From assembly GCA_965223865.1 (NCBI GenBank), contig OZ245020.1:1536001-1600000 (forward strand): a stretch of DNA of 64,000 nt, read 5' to 3'. The notes under the pieces are model-generated. The model searched no databases and had not been told where the DNA came from. It worked only from the letters and a program-made list of their open reading frames with translations. Positions 31,057-39,954 of the stretch are shown here, piece by piece. This stretch comes from Nitrosarchaeum sp. GTDB taxonomy: Archaea; Thermoproteota; Nitrososphaeria; Nitrososphaerales; Nitrosopumilaceae. How positions within the stretch are numbered: position 1 is the first letter of the stretch; each line of letters starts with the position of its first letter. Both the position numbers and the translations under genes were made by a program.

Positions 31057-31980
31057 CTACAGATTTTTGTTCTGGTCTAATCTTAGACCCTTGTATCGAT
31101 TTCTGATAGTTACCTCAGTAACGTTTGCAGCTTCGGCAATATCTCGTTGAGTTATATTTTCACCATTTTTTACACATGACAGATAAAGTGCAGCTGCTGC
31201 AAGTCCCATTGGATCCTTGCCTGATGATTCTTCATGTTCTTTGGCAATTTTGAGTACTTTGGATGCATTCCGTTTTGTCTTTTCTGCTATTCCAAGCTTG
31301 CTTGCAATCTTTGCAATACATTGAATTGGATCAACAACTGGCATCTTTAGTTCCAATTCATGATATATCATTCTGTAACATCTGGCAATGTCTTTTTTTG
31401 GAATATTTCCTGCATCTGAAACGTCCTTTAGTGTTCTAGGGGTTTCTGTATCTCTGCATGCAGCATAAAGTGCAGATGCAATAAGTGCTGAGATTGAACG
31501 GCCTCTTACAAGACCCTTGTCAAGGGCTTTTCTGTAGATATATGACGCCTTTTCTATTACTGCATCAGAAAGAGAAAGTTTGTCTTTTAGTCGAGACAAT
31601 TCAGTTAATGCTTGCCTGAGATTTCTGTCTGTAGATGCATTAACTTTACTTCTACTGTCCCAGGTTCTCAACCTCTCAATGGTACTTTTCATAGTAGATG
31701 TGAGTGGCTTTCCAGACGAATCTCGATTTAGAGGATTGATTGTGGTGGCAAGTCCTCTATCATGCATGGCAAGGGATGTTGGAGCCCCGGTTCTTGTGGG
31801 ATCTGTACTGTTGCCATCTTTAGAAAATGATCTCCATTCGGGTCCAGAATCTTGCAACATCTCAGAAATGACATATCCGCATTTTCCGCAAAATCTTTCT
31901 CCCGTATCTCCATCAGTTAACATGGAATTTTTCCCACAGCGTTTGCAGACAGTATCAGTATTGATAATTTTTAGTACCAT
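31057..31980 (-). CDS. tfb: Transcription initiation factor IIB
   Basis: Zn ribbon CKRC..CGKC, GPEWRSF B-reader, two cyclin repeats, VTEVTIRNRY. Confidence 0.97.
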   Translation of the reverse strand: MVLKIINTDTVCKRCGKNSMLTDGDTGERFCGKCGYVISEMLQDSGPEWRSFSKDGNSTDPTRTGAPTSLAMHDRGLATTINPLNRDSSGKPLTSTMKSTIERLRTWDSRSKVNASTDRNLRQALTELSRLKDKLSLSDAVIEKASYIYRKALDKGLVRGRSISALIASALYAACRDTETPRTLKDVSDAGNIPKKDIARCYRMIYHELELKMPVVDPIQCIAKIASKLGIAEKTKRNASKVLKIAKEHEESSGKDPMGLAAAALYLSCVKNGENITQRDIAEAANVTEVTIRNRYKGLRLDQNKNL

Positions 31981-32493
31981 AAATAAGATCAATGTGAGTC
32001 ATTCTTCTTCCTATAATAACCGGCTTATTTCGTGATTTTTCATGAAAATGTACAAAATTAAAAATTTCAGAATATTTTACATCCAGAATGACATACTTGT
32101 AGGATTTACTTTGATAGCATCCATTTTTGTAACAATTTTGATTTCAAAAAGCAGATTAATGAAAATAAATAGACGGCTGTGAGGTAACAGTCGGGAAAGA
32201 AACCTCCAACCTGTCTATTTTCTGTTTTTGTGTTTGAGGATTTTACATAAAAGCAACTCGTAGAAATTATCAGTATTTTATGGGGTTTGTCTCTGGTATC
32301 TTCATTGTTTTTTCTTGTCATTGTCGCAATAATTTCCAAACTCCGATTCCACCTACAATAATTGCAAGTCCAATCAAAATCCACATTACTGTCTTATTCC
32401 AATTCATGTTGCTTCCAATGTCAACTCCTTTCTTTTCTAGTATGTATCGTCTTAGCTCTTCGTGGAATTTGTCTTCAAACATAAATTCGTTGA

Positions 32494-32644
32494 AAGGGCG
32501 TTACAACATAATCATATGCGCCTTTGCGCGCCAGGTAAGCGATATAAGGTTTATGTTGTGACGCTCTTGTCACCAATGATTTTAGAAAATCAAAATTGGT
32601 TTTCTATGTGTTATAATACAATTACAACTTGAAAAAGTTTTCTA
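32494..32644 (+). repeat. Direct repeat copy 2, containing an 18-bp inverted repeat
   Basis: Matches 21962-22102; arms AAGGGCGTTACAACATAA and TTATGTTGTGACGCTCTT. Confidence 0.95.
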
Positions 32645-32801
32645 GAGGATTCAAATTTGGCTGGGAGCATGCATGTGATGCATGTATAGAAGTTGGCCGA
32701 TTTTGTTCACAGAAATTAGAAAATTCTCATAAACTAACCAAATACTTTTGTCTATTGAACTCATGTAAAATGAAGTGATAAAAATAAACCAGATGTGAGT
32801 A

Positions 32802-33230
32802 TCATCGTTGTTTTCTCACATTGGGTATGTCTTCATGTTGTAGCCATGCTTCCTTCTTGGTCTGTATCAGTGCCCAAACAGATCCAATTACGACTCCAAC
32901 TTGAACTATTTTGGATACCATACCTAGATGTCCGATCTTTCCTGCGTGCTCCAAACCAAATGCGATTGCGCCTGCATCAGTTCTGGTAACTGCATACAGT
33001 GCGATTATTCCAATGGTTCCTGCTATGGTTACAAGATACGGAGCAGAACTGTTTGGACTCTTTAGCATCCAAAACGCAACTGGAATGTATGCTATTGCCA
33101 CCACCAAAAAGAATGGTCCTTTTATCATGTCTTGCTCTTCAAATAGTTCTTCAGATGTCTCAACAAAGTAAACGGCAGAAGTTGCTATCATAAGACCAAC
33201 GACAATCCCGACTAAAGATTTTTTGTTCAT
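32802..33230 (-). CDS. 4-TM membrane protein
   Basis: Four hydrophobic segments; LYAVTRT and SKIVQ motifs. Confidence 0.75.
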   Translation of the reverse strand: MNKKSLVGIVVGLMIATSAVYFVETSEELFEEQDMIKGPFFLVVAIAYIPVAFWMLKSPNSSAPYLVTIAGTIGIIALYAVTRTDAGAIAFGLEHAGKIGHLGMVSKIVQVGVVIGSVWALIQTKKEAWLQHEDIPNVRKQR

Positions 33231-33266
33231 GTATCAGATATGGTTGAATTTGGATATATTGAGGAA

Positions 33267-33288
33267 GTTTAGACTGCAATCATTTGCA
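33267..33288 (-). promoter_or_regulatory. Box B (TGCAAATGATTGCAGTCTAAAC)
   Basis: 7 bp before ATATATC, upstream of the 33230 start. Confidence 0.6.
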
Positions 33289-33375
33289 ATTATTGTTCTA
33301 AAGACAAATGCCCATTAGACCTAGATTTGCAATCCAAAGAAACTACAGCGGTGTAGTTGTATTCAGTAAAAATAT

Positions 33376-33897
33376 TCAATCATCTCCAACAACAATATGT
33401 AATGTTACCAATGAAGCAAGCAGCATGACAAGACCAAACTGGCCATGAAGAAGCTTGCCAAACAATTTGGAATTTCTAGACGATGTGTATTTTAGCAACA
33501 GTCCGCTTACCGTCATCACACTCATTACAATAGCCAAGGACAAAGAAACCGAATCTAGGTGTCTTGACAGCATAAAACCATGTGTCATTCCCGCAAAATA
33601 CCCTATCGAATTGAGCATTATGTGAAAATTAAGCAATGGTCTGTAGACAGTTCTAATTTGTTTTGCAACTTGCATTGTTGAATTGCCTGTCTTTATGGCA
33701 TATCTTCGGATTTTATTCATTGCAATAAATGGGATATTTGCAACTATTCCTGCTCCAACTGCAATCCATCCTAGGTTTTCTGCAACATCTTCTGCTTCAT
33801 CATCGTCATCTGCGTACGCTAGTGTGGGAGTCATAACTAACAAAGACAGTAGTGAGAAAACCAGAAGCGATTTTGGGGTGATTTTTTTGATTGTCAT
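33376..33897 (-). CDS. Membrane protein with four TM histidines (cytochrome b561/ferric-reductase-like)
   Basis: Signal peptide, acidic patch, then LNFHIML, MTHGF, LLHGQ, VTLHI. Confidence 0.6.
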   Translation of the reverse strand: MTIKKITPKSLLVFSLLSLLVMTPTLAYADDDDEAEDVAENLGWIAVGAGIVANIPFIAMNKIRRYAIKTGNSTMQVAKQIRTVYRPLLNFHIMLNSIGYFAGMTHGFMLSRHLDSVSLSLAIVMSVMTVSGLLLKYTSSRNSKLFGKLLHGQFGLVMLLASLVTLHIVVGDD

Positions 33898-34160
33898 GGT
33901 TTTGCTTTTTTCTTTGATGAGATCTTAAAAGCGGTGTAAGCTACTGAGACCACAATTGCTGCAATAGTTCCATACAAAATTACATTTCCCATTTCCGTGC
34001 CTAATGGAATTCCTTCATCTTGGTGTTCTCTTTCTCTTTTCATTTCTCCAAAACCAATTCTGTCCTCATCATTATCATCTTCTTCAGCATATGTAATTGG
34101 AATTACAAGCGTACCTGAAACTACAATTAAAAGTAAAAACATAATTGATATTAATTTCAT
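33894..34160 (-). CDS. Small secreted, C-terminally anchored acidic protein
   Basis: Signal peptide, EEDDNDED..REREH, C-terminal TM plus KKK; ATGA overlap with the next gene. Confidence 0.75.
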   Translation of the reverse strand: MKLISIMFLLLIVVSGTLVIPITYAEEDDNDEDRIGFGEMKREREHQDEGIPLGTEMGNVILYGTIAAIVVSVAYTAFKISSKKKAKP

Positions 34161-34207
34161 GAATTATTCTGACCCGTTACTTTATGGATTTAAAGAAATA
34201 ATAGAAT

Positions 34208-34234
34208 TTCCACAAATGAAATCCAGTCATGGAA
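34208..34234. promoter_or_regulatory. Tandem box A between divergent genes
   Basis: TTCCACAAATGAAA / ATCCAGTCATGGAA; 48 and 43 bp from the two starts. Confidence 0.7.
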
Positions 34235-34276
34235 AATACAGTCGATCTTATATTGATTTATCACACTTCTAAAGTA

Positions 34277-35260
34277 ATGAAAAAATACGATACTGCCATA
34301 TTCTTTCTTTTAGCTGTTCTGGTACTTTCGATACCAACTAGTTTTGTTTTTGCCAGTGAAGACAATGATGATGACAGGTATGACGATGACCGAGATGATG
34401 ACAGGTATGACGATGACCGAGATGATGACAGGTATGACGATGACCGAGATGATGACAGGTATGACGATGACCGAGATGATGACAGGTATGACGATGACCG
34501 AGATGATGACAGGTATGACGATGACCGAGATGATGACAGGTATGACGATGACCGAGATGATGACAGGTATGACGATGACCGAGATGATGACAGGTATGAC
34601 GATGACCGAGATGATGACAGGTATGACGATGACCGAGATGATGACAGGTATGACGATGACCGAGATGATGACAGAATCAGTGATGGTTCCAAGACATCCG
34701 ATTTCTTCAAAAGAGAAGTAAGAGCTGAAACCCTTGGTTTTCAGACTGAGATAAAAATAGAGATAGAGTTTGTCAGCAATACGACAGATACAAATCAACT
34801 AATTGATCAAATCATTGACAAATTCTCACTTACCAGAGAAGAGGCAGACATGGAACTGAGAATAGAACGTTCTGATGACCAAAGATTAGAAAAAAAATTA
34901 GAAGTTGAAATTGAAAAGAGAGGCAACACATCCAAAGTTGAAGTTGAACTTGAGACAGTAATTGACTCAACTAGCAGAGGAGCAATACTAGATGCTATTG
35001 TAAAAAACAGCCAGCTTACTAGAGAACAAATTAACGAACAACTCCAATTTGATTCTGATGATAATGACAACAATGACTTTTCAAGAAATGAAATGAGAAC
35101 CAATTCAGATTCAACCGAGCTTGAAAAACTAAGACAGGAAAATCAACAACTAAGAGATGAGATTAAGCAACTCAATCAAAAACTAGATGACCTGCAGCAA
35201 ATCATTATGGAACAGATGAAGGTCATAATGGATACTCTCAAAAATCTAAAATCTCAATAA
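34277..35260 (+). CDS. Secreted protein with an (RYDDDRDDD)n repeat and a C-terminal coiled coil
   Basis: Signal peptide MKKYD...VFA, 11 repeats, duplicated beta-rich module, coiled coil; start placed at ATG 34277. Confidence 0.8.
   Translation: MKKYDTAIFFLLAVLVLSIPTSFVFASEDNDDDRYDDDRDDDRYDDDRDDDRYDDDRDDDRYDDDRDDDRYDDDRDDDRYDDDRDDDRYDDDRDDDRYDDDRDDDRYDDDRDDDRYDDDRDDDRYDDDRDDDRISDGSKTSDFFKREVRAETLGFQTEIKIEIEFVSNTTDTNQLIDQIIDKFSLTREEADMELRIERSDDQRLEKKLEVEIEKRGNTSKVEVELETVIDSTSRGAILDAIVKNSQLTREQINEQLQFDSDDNDNNDFSRNEMRTNSDSTELEKLRQENQQLRDEIKQLNQKLDDLQQIIMEQMKVIMDTLKNLKSQ
34367..34674 (+). repeat. 27-bp perfect tandem repeat, 11.4 copies
   Basis: Unit GATGATGACAGGTATGACGATGACCGA. Confidence 0.98.
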
Positions 35261-35298
35261 TTTTTTCTTTTTTGTTTTTTTATTTTAGGATAATTGTT

Positions 35299-35976
35299 CT
35301 AAATTCTTATTATTCCATTTACAATCATAAATTGAATACTTTGTGCAAATTCTTCATCTGATGTGAGTCCTTGGGCCCACCAACCTGCATTCTTCCTTAA
35401 CCATTCAGGTATCTGTGTTTCAGATTCAACTTTCTCTGAATTTGTATTCTGTGGAATGATTATTACTCTAATCTTGATCAGATGTTCTAATCCTTTTGCA
35501 AAATCAGAATCAGATATTTGATTGGAAGACCACCATCCTGCATTGATTTTAATCCATTCTGGGATTTTTAACGAATCCTCTTGGTCATCCTTATTTTGTT
35601 GTGTTGAAACAACAATTACCTTTCCTATCATCCAGGGATGAATTGTACAAAAATAGTCAAAGGTTCCAGATTCCATAAAAGTAAATGACCAAGATTCGCC
35701 TGGACTATATAAGCCACTATCAAATTTCTGATCCATTGCGCCAGGCTTTCCACTTGTAACTGAATGAGGTTCAGAGTCATTATTTGGCCATGTTATTGTA
35801 TCTCCAACATTAATCTTAATTTCTTCAGGAGAATAACAATTATGGAAAGTCGCACATAATCGATTGTGAGCACCCTGTGGGATATTGACTACATGTTCTG
35901 TTGCATATACAAAACTAGGAGGGATTAAAAATACTAAAAACAGCAGGATTAGAATAACTTTTTTTGAATTATTCAT
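35299..35976 (-). CDS. Plastocyanin-like blue copper protein with thaumarchaeal IPxWIKxNAGWW surface repeats
   Basis: PHSVTSG, YFCTIHPWMIG copper ligands; two NAGWW repeats. Confidence 0.92.
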   Translation of the reverse strand: MNNSKKVILILLFLVFLIPPSFVYATEHVVNIPQGAHNRLCATFHNCYSPEEIKINVGDTITWPNNDSEPHSVTSGKPGAMDQKFDSGLYSPGESWSFTFMESGTFDYFCTIHPWMIGKVIVVSTQQNKDDQEDSLKIPEWIKINAGWWSSNQISDSDFAKGLEHLIKIRVIIIPQNTNSEKVESETQIPEWLRKNAGWWAQGLTSDEEFAQSIQFMIVNGIIRI

Positions 35977-36053
35977 ATTTCAATCTACAAAATTTAGTCT
36001 TGTAAAGATTAAAATCAATTTGCATAATTGAAAGAATGAATTTCTTGTCTTGG

Positions 36054-36752
36054 CTAACCAAACAGTTTTCCTCTTTTAGTTAGAGATACTATTGCCAAAA
36101 CTACTCCTGCAGCCCCCAGAGACAATCCAAACACTGCAAAGTCGTATGCTCTACCAGTATCAGATTTTATCTCAATTCCAGAACCAGATCTGATTTCATT
36201 AACATCTCTTTGAATCTGAGATATTGCATTTTTTAGTGCAGCAACATCCGTGTTTGATGATGAACCGCTAGAAGGTGGAAAGTCAAGTATTGCAGTTGTC
36301 TCTACATCTTCTATTGGAACTTGTACATCCACTTGAATTCCTTCAACTTCTCCTTTCAAATCAATTGAGATACTGCCTGTCTTTGTTGGGATTACATGAG
36401 AATAATAGTGTCCAGGTCTTGGATCAGAGCCAATATCTAATACTTTGGTGACTCCTCCATATTTTGCAGTTACCTCTAAATTCTTAAAGGCGTTTTTTAT
36501 TCCCGTTCGTACTCCTTCGGTTTCACCAAGCTCGCTTATCTTAAAGACAAAATCATTTCTGTACCCTACTATTGGCGGCTCGATTCCCCACCCAACATCA
36601 ATCTCAATATTTTCAACTTCTATAGTAGTGTGTGCTGATGCTGGAGTCGTTGATCCGAGAACAAGAAATAGGACCAACAATACAGAAGCGGTAAAATATT
36701 TTCCGCATAGTTCGGATCGAGGAATAACAATTTTGACCATATCAGCACACAT
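36054..36752 (-). CDS. Secreted, C-terminally anchored protein with a His at the mature N-terminus
   Basis: Signal ..ASA|HTT, VGWGIEPP, coiled coil, C-terminal TM. Confidence 0.75.
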   Translation of the reverse strand: MCADMVKIVIPRSELCGKYFTASVLLVLFLVLGSTTPASAHTTIEVENIEIDVGWGIEPPIVGYRNDFVFKISELGETEGVRTGIKNAFKNLEVTAKYGGVTKVLDIGSDPRPGHYYSHVIPTKTGSISIDLKGEVEGIQVDVQVPIEDVETTAILDFPPSSGSSSNTDVAALKNAISQIQRDVNEIRSGSGIEIKSDTGRAYDFAVFGLSLGAAGVVLAIVSLTKRGKLFG

Positions 36753-36784
36753 TTCATTATGTCTCCAAACAATATAACAACAAA

Positions 36785-36806
36785 GACTACAATGTGGTCA
36801 ATTGCA
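36785..36806 (-). promoter_or_regulatory. Box B (TGCAATTGACCACATTGTAGTC)
   Basis: 7 bp before TTATATT; lies between 36054-36752 and the divergent RHH regulator. Confidence 0.65.
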
Positions 36807-36848
36807 GCTAAACTGATAAACTAGTAAAATTGCAAAATCATTAGAAAA

Positions 36849-37376
36849 ATGAGCAGCAAAAAGACATCTAGCATCTCATTTAGAATAGATGAAGAATATG
36901 AAAAAGTGCTAAGAGATATAGCTGAGGAGAACAAAACAAGCCTAAACACTCTTGCAAACCAGATTTTTGGTCAATATGTAGAGTTTGAACTTTATGCCAA
37001 GAAATTTGGTACACTAAGAATGAGCACAGACACCTTTCGTAGAATGCTAAACAGTATAGATGAGAAAAATCTAATTGAGATTGCCACAAGATGTGGAAGT
37101 CAAGAAGTTAAAGAATTCATTTTGTTCAAATGGAAGAGACTTGACTCAAAGACTGTGACTGATTTTATTAAAATCTATTTTGATTTGTGCGGTTATGGAA
37201 GATGTAGTTTAGATAAAACAGAAGGCAATGTCATGTTTAGTGTACATCATGATCTTCAGGAGAAAGGATCCTTGTTTTTAAAACATCTCTTTGAGTCCTT
37301 AATTAGGACAGCACTAGACAAAGATTGCAAAACTGAGATGACTAGTGATACAATAACAGTTAGTTTTCAACCATAA
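36849..37376 (+). CDS. RHH-domain regulator with a V4R-like C-terminal domain
   Basis: TSSISFRIDEE..TSLNTLANQIF; HHDLQEKGS. Confidence 0.8.
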   Translation: MSSKKTSSISFRIDEEYEKVLRDIAEENKTSLNTLANQIFGQYVEFELYAKKFGTLRMSTDTFRRMLNSIDEKNLIEIATRCGSQEVKEFILFKWKRLDSKTVTDFIKIYFDLCGYGRCSLDKTEGNVMFSVHHDLQEKGSLFLKHLFESLIRTALDKDCKTEMTSDTITVSFQP

Positions 37377-37385
37377 TGCTTTGAG

Positions 37386-37407
37386 TGCAATTGACTACAT
37401 TGTAAAC
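37386..37407 (+). promoter_or_regulatory. Box B (TGCAATTGACTACATTGTAAAC)
   Basis: 7 bp before TTATATC, which starts 29 bp before ATG 37444. Confidence 0.65.
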
Positions 37408-37443
37408 TGACCTGTTATATCAAATTCTGCCAATATTATACAC

Positions 37444-37617
37444 ATGGCTAGAACATGTAGAGGAGTATGCATTGAATCAAAAGGAATTCCGATGAGTAAT
37501 AGTATCAGATATCAAAATGGGCAAAAACGATGTACTTTTTGCAGTATATTTTTAGAAGTGTCTAGTATTAGATGCCCCTGTTGCAAAGCAATCCTACGCA
37601 CAAAACCTCGTGGGTAA
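37444..37617 (+). CDS. 57-aa zinc-finger protein (CxGxC...KRCxxC...RCPCC family)
   Basis: MARTCRGVC...GQKRCTFC...RCPCCKAILRTKPR; paralogs at 38070, 40132, 45527. Confidence 0.85.
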   Translation: MARTCRGVCIESKGIPMSNSIRYQNGQKRCTFCSIFLEVSSIRCPCCKAILRTKPRG

Positions 37618-37649
37618 AATCATGAATTTAGTTGAGGACATGACAAAAA

Positions 37650-37766
37650 ATGGAAAAAATAATCTGCGTCAGTTGCAGAGTCGAAATAATTCAATACTAC
37701 AATCACAATTACAATGGGGAAAGAGGTCTCTGTCCAATTTGTAAGACAGACTTTCCACTAGAATAA
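37650..37766 (+). CDS. 38-aa zinc-ribbon microprotein
   Basis: MEKIICVSCRVE...GLCPICKTDFPLE. Confidence 0.7.
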   Translation: MEKIICVSCRVEIIQYYNHNYNGERGLCPICKTDFPLE

Positions 37767-37846
37767 TTATTGATTTGTACATGCATAATTTTATGCAATC
37801 TATGTTCCAAGAAATTTTTTCATAAGTGTTCTACTGTTTCTTTAGC

Positions 37847-37868
37847 TGCAATTGATTGCAGAGTAATC
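37847..37868 (+). promoter_or_regulatory. Box B (TGCAATTGATTGCAGAGTAATC)
   Basis: 7 bp before TTAAATC, upstream of ATG 37907. Confidence 0.6.
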
Positions 37869-37906
37869 TTTCTAGTTAAATCAAATCCATACCAAGTATC
37901 AATGAT

Positions 37907-38086
37907 ATGTTACAATTAGTTACTATTCTAAAAGAAAGTAAGGATGACAAGTTTGCAAAAAGAGGGGTAAAAATTTGCCTTGATTGCGGTAGCTCTAATA
38001 CTTGTTATAATCATAATGGCATTTTTTGCAAAAAATGTGGTAATATTAGAAGGTACGAGTGGGAGAAAAATGGGTACGAGTTGTAA
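37907..38086 (+). CDS. 59-aa zinc-ribbon protein
   Basis: ICLDCGSSNTCYNHNGIFCKKCG; paralog of 39955-40125; overlaps the next start. Confidence 0.7.
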   Translation: MLQLVTILKESKDDKFAKRGVKICLDCGSSNTCYNHNGIFCKKCGNIRRYEWEKNGYEL

Positions 38087-38258
38087 AGGTATTTGTGTAC
38101 AGCTAAAAAGTAGCAGTGTAAGCAACGGCCAAAAATATCTAAAAGGACACAAAAGATGCACATATTGCAGTACGTTTTTGATTACCTCTGAGATCAGGTG
38201 CCCATGTTGTAAGACTATTTTGAGAACCAAGTCTCGTCATCGAAAACATTTTTCTTAA
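38070..38258 (+). CDS. Zinc-finger protein (RCPCC family)
   Basis: MGTSCKGIC...KRCTYC...RCPCCKTILRTK; start placed at ATG 38070. Confidence 0.85.
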   Translation: MGTSCKGICVQLKSSSVSNGQKYLKGHKRCTYCSTFLITSEIRCPCCKTILRTKSRHRKHFS

Positions 38259-38266
38259 AATTTAAT

Positions 38267-38288
38267 TGCAAATAACCACAATGTAATC
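38267..38288 (+). promoter_or_regulatory. Box B (TGCAAATAACCACAATGTAATC)
   Basis: 7 bp before TTATATC, upstream of 38332. Confidence 0.6.
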
Positions 38289-38331
38289 TTCTTGATTATA
38301 TCTCATTGTTGTAAAGTTAAGTTGAAGAGAA

Positions 38332-38655
38332 ATGTCTCAATCAAAACAACAAGAAAAAAAGATGCCATGGAAGTGGTATGTTGGATTTGTGCTAGCAGGA
38401 CTGGCAATACTGTTGATGGTTACTCTTGTACCAATCTGGCATTGGTTTCCAGTAGAGATTACAGAACAGGGAACTGTAGTGGCTATTGTAGATAGAGGAT
38501 GTGTGATTGATACTCCCTCAGTGTCCATGCCAGTGATTCAGGAATGTAGTGCACAGCCAGGAGAAACAGTTGAAGTAACTTACTTTGTTCCTGCAAAGGT
38601 TACAAGTGGATACTTTGAGAGAATGCAAGAAAGAGCTGCACTAGTCCAACCGTAG
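38332..38655 (+). CDS. Small single-TM protein, paralog of 20733-21035
   Basis: VVAIVDRGC...CSAQPG...ERAA. Confidence 0.75.
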   Translation: MSQSKQQEKKMPWKWYVGFVLAGLAILLMVTLVPIWHWFPVEITEQGTVVAIVDRGCVIDTPSVSMPVIQECSAQPGETVEVTYFVPAKVTSGYFERMQERAALVQP

Positions 38656-38661
38656 ATTTTT

Positions 38662-38802
38662 TTATTTTTTCCAAATTTGGTGCTGATCACAGATATACCT
38701 GTTATTTTCCTTGTCATACATACAAACCATTCCACCAATATCTGCATCACACAATGAACATTTGGTGCCTTTTTTTGCTGTGACAATATGTGGTTTTACC
38801 AT
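38662..38802 (-). CDS. 46-aa zinc-finger microprotein
   Basis: MVKPHIVTAKKGTKCSLCDADIGG...YICDQH; ends approximate. Confidence 0.55.
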   Translation of the reverse strand: MVKPHIVTAKKGTKCSLCDADIGGMVCMYDKENNRYICDQHQIWKK

Positions 38803-38877
38803 CTTTAAGCACTAGTTTTCAAGTAGACTAGTGTATATGCATTATCAAAGATAAAAAAAAAGAGAGAAGAGGAATTA

Positions 38878-39843
38878 CTAATGATCTGGAAGCTCATGAA
38901 CATTTAGTATGTATGGCTCTCCAATTGGATATGTGTCCCCATAGCTCCAAAAGTAGTACACTTTACCATATGTTTCATCCAGAATCGGAATAATTGATTC
39001 TAATTCCTTATCGGTGAGTTCCGGAAATGTTGCCTCTGCTCTTGGAAATTCTGTTTTGTGATAATGCCAGTATTGTTTTTCTTCTTCTGGAAGTTCATTA
39101 TATTGCTCTGTTGTTATGACATATTCTATTCCGTATGGTTTGTCTTGGTCAGTCATTCCATATGGATATAGAAGACAAGATGCTGTCATGTCATCATAGA
39201 CTTTGCAGTGATGATGAACTATGGTCTGCAAAAGATGGTCTACTGATCCAAGTGATCTTTCTGGATCAAGATGTCTGTTTGCATGAATGTGCAGATCATT
39301 GAAACCTAGAATGTTTGGATAGTCAATCTGTCTTGGATTCAATGTTTCATTGTATGCTGGTTCTTTTTGCATCATCATTTTTTGACCGTGTTGCATGTGC
39401 TGTTTGTCCTTCATCATGTCTCCCATCATGCTCATGTGCTGAGTCATGTCCATTGACTCCATCTTTTCTATCATCTGACTCATTTTCTGAATCATTTGGG
39501 ACTGTTCTTGTGGAGTCATTGTCTGCCACATCTGCATCATTTGTGTTTGATGCTTCTCGTGAACTTTATCCATCCTATCTAAAACATCATTTAGATTTGT
39601 TTGAGATGACGAATCACTTTTAGGAGTAATTTTTTGCTTCATGTTTTGCCTTTCTTCAGGTGGCATCTCAGAGCATAGTCTGTCTCCACAAACCTGGTTT
39701 TGGGTTGCCTGGCCGTATTTTGATGTGTATGTGCCTTTTGCTTTTGCGGCATCTGCTGTCTGTGTAAAATCAACTGGGATTGTCATTGTTACAGCAAACA
39801 GGATTGTTGTTGCCGTGATTGCTGCAATCATTGTTTTTCTCAT
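38878..39843 (-). CDS. Secreted protein with a Met/Gln-rich linker and a DUF1264 (OBAP-like) domain
   Basis: Signal peptide, VCGDRLCSE motif, Met-rich helices, VHHHCK..CLLY..GIEYVI..LPEEEKQYWHYH. Confidence 0.8.
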   Translation of the reverse strand: MRKTMIAAITATTILFAVTMTIPVDFTQTADAAKAKGTYTSKYGQATQNQVCGDRLCSEMPPEERQNMKQKITPKSDSSSQTNLNDVLDRMDKVHEKHQTQMMQMWQTMTPQEQSQMIQKMSQMIEKMESMDMTQHMSMMGDMMKDKQHMQHGQKMMMQKEPAYNETLNPRQIDYPNILGFNDLHIHANRHLDPERSLGSVDHLLQTIVHHHCKVYDDMTASCLLYPYGMTDQDKPYGIEYVITTEQYNELPEEEKQYWHYHKTEFPRAEATFPELTDKELESIIPILDETYGKVYYFWSYGDTYPIGEPYILNVHELPDH

Positions 39844-39954
39844 TATCTGCAGAACTTGAAATTTCATATATAACCAAAACACACAGTTTCCGATGCCGAT
39901 TTCCGCATATGGTAATCGTATATGGAAATTGTCTTTTTCTGCATATATTGTGAA

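Noticed and set aside
32494-32570. Canonical integron attC site
   Set aside because: AAC...GTT ends and bulges are suggestive, but the RYYYAAC/GTTRRRY consensus and spacer lengths do not fit, there is no cassette array and no IntI
34367-34674. CRISPR array
   Set aside because: Units are head-to-tail with no spacers, lie in frame inside a CDS, and no cas genes are present
34261-34798. Alternative-frame repeat ORFs (poly-Ser, VIIS, MTGMT)
   Set aside because: By-products of a stop-free 27-bp repeat; only the Asp frame has a signal peptide and a paralogous C-terminus
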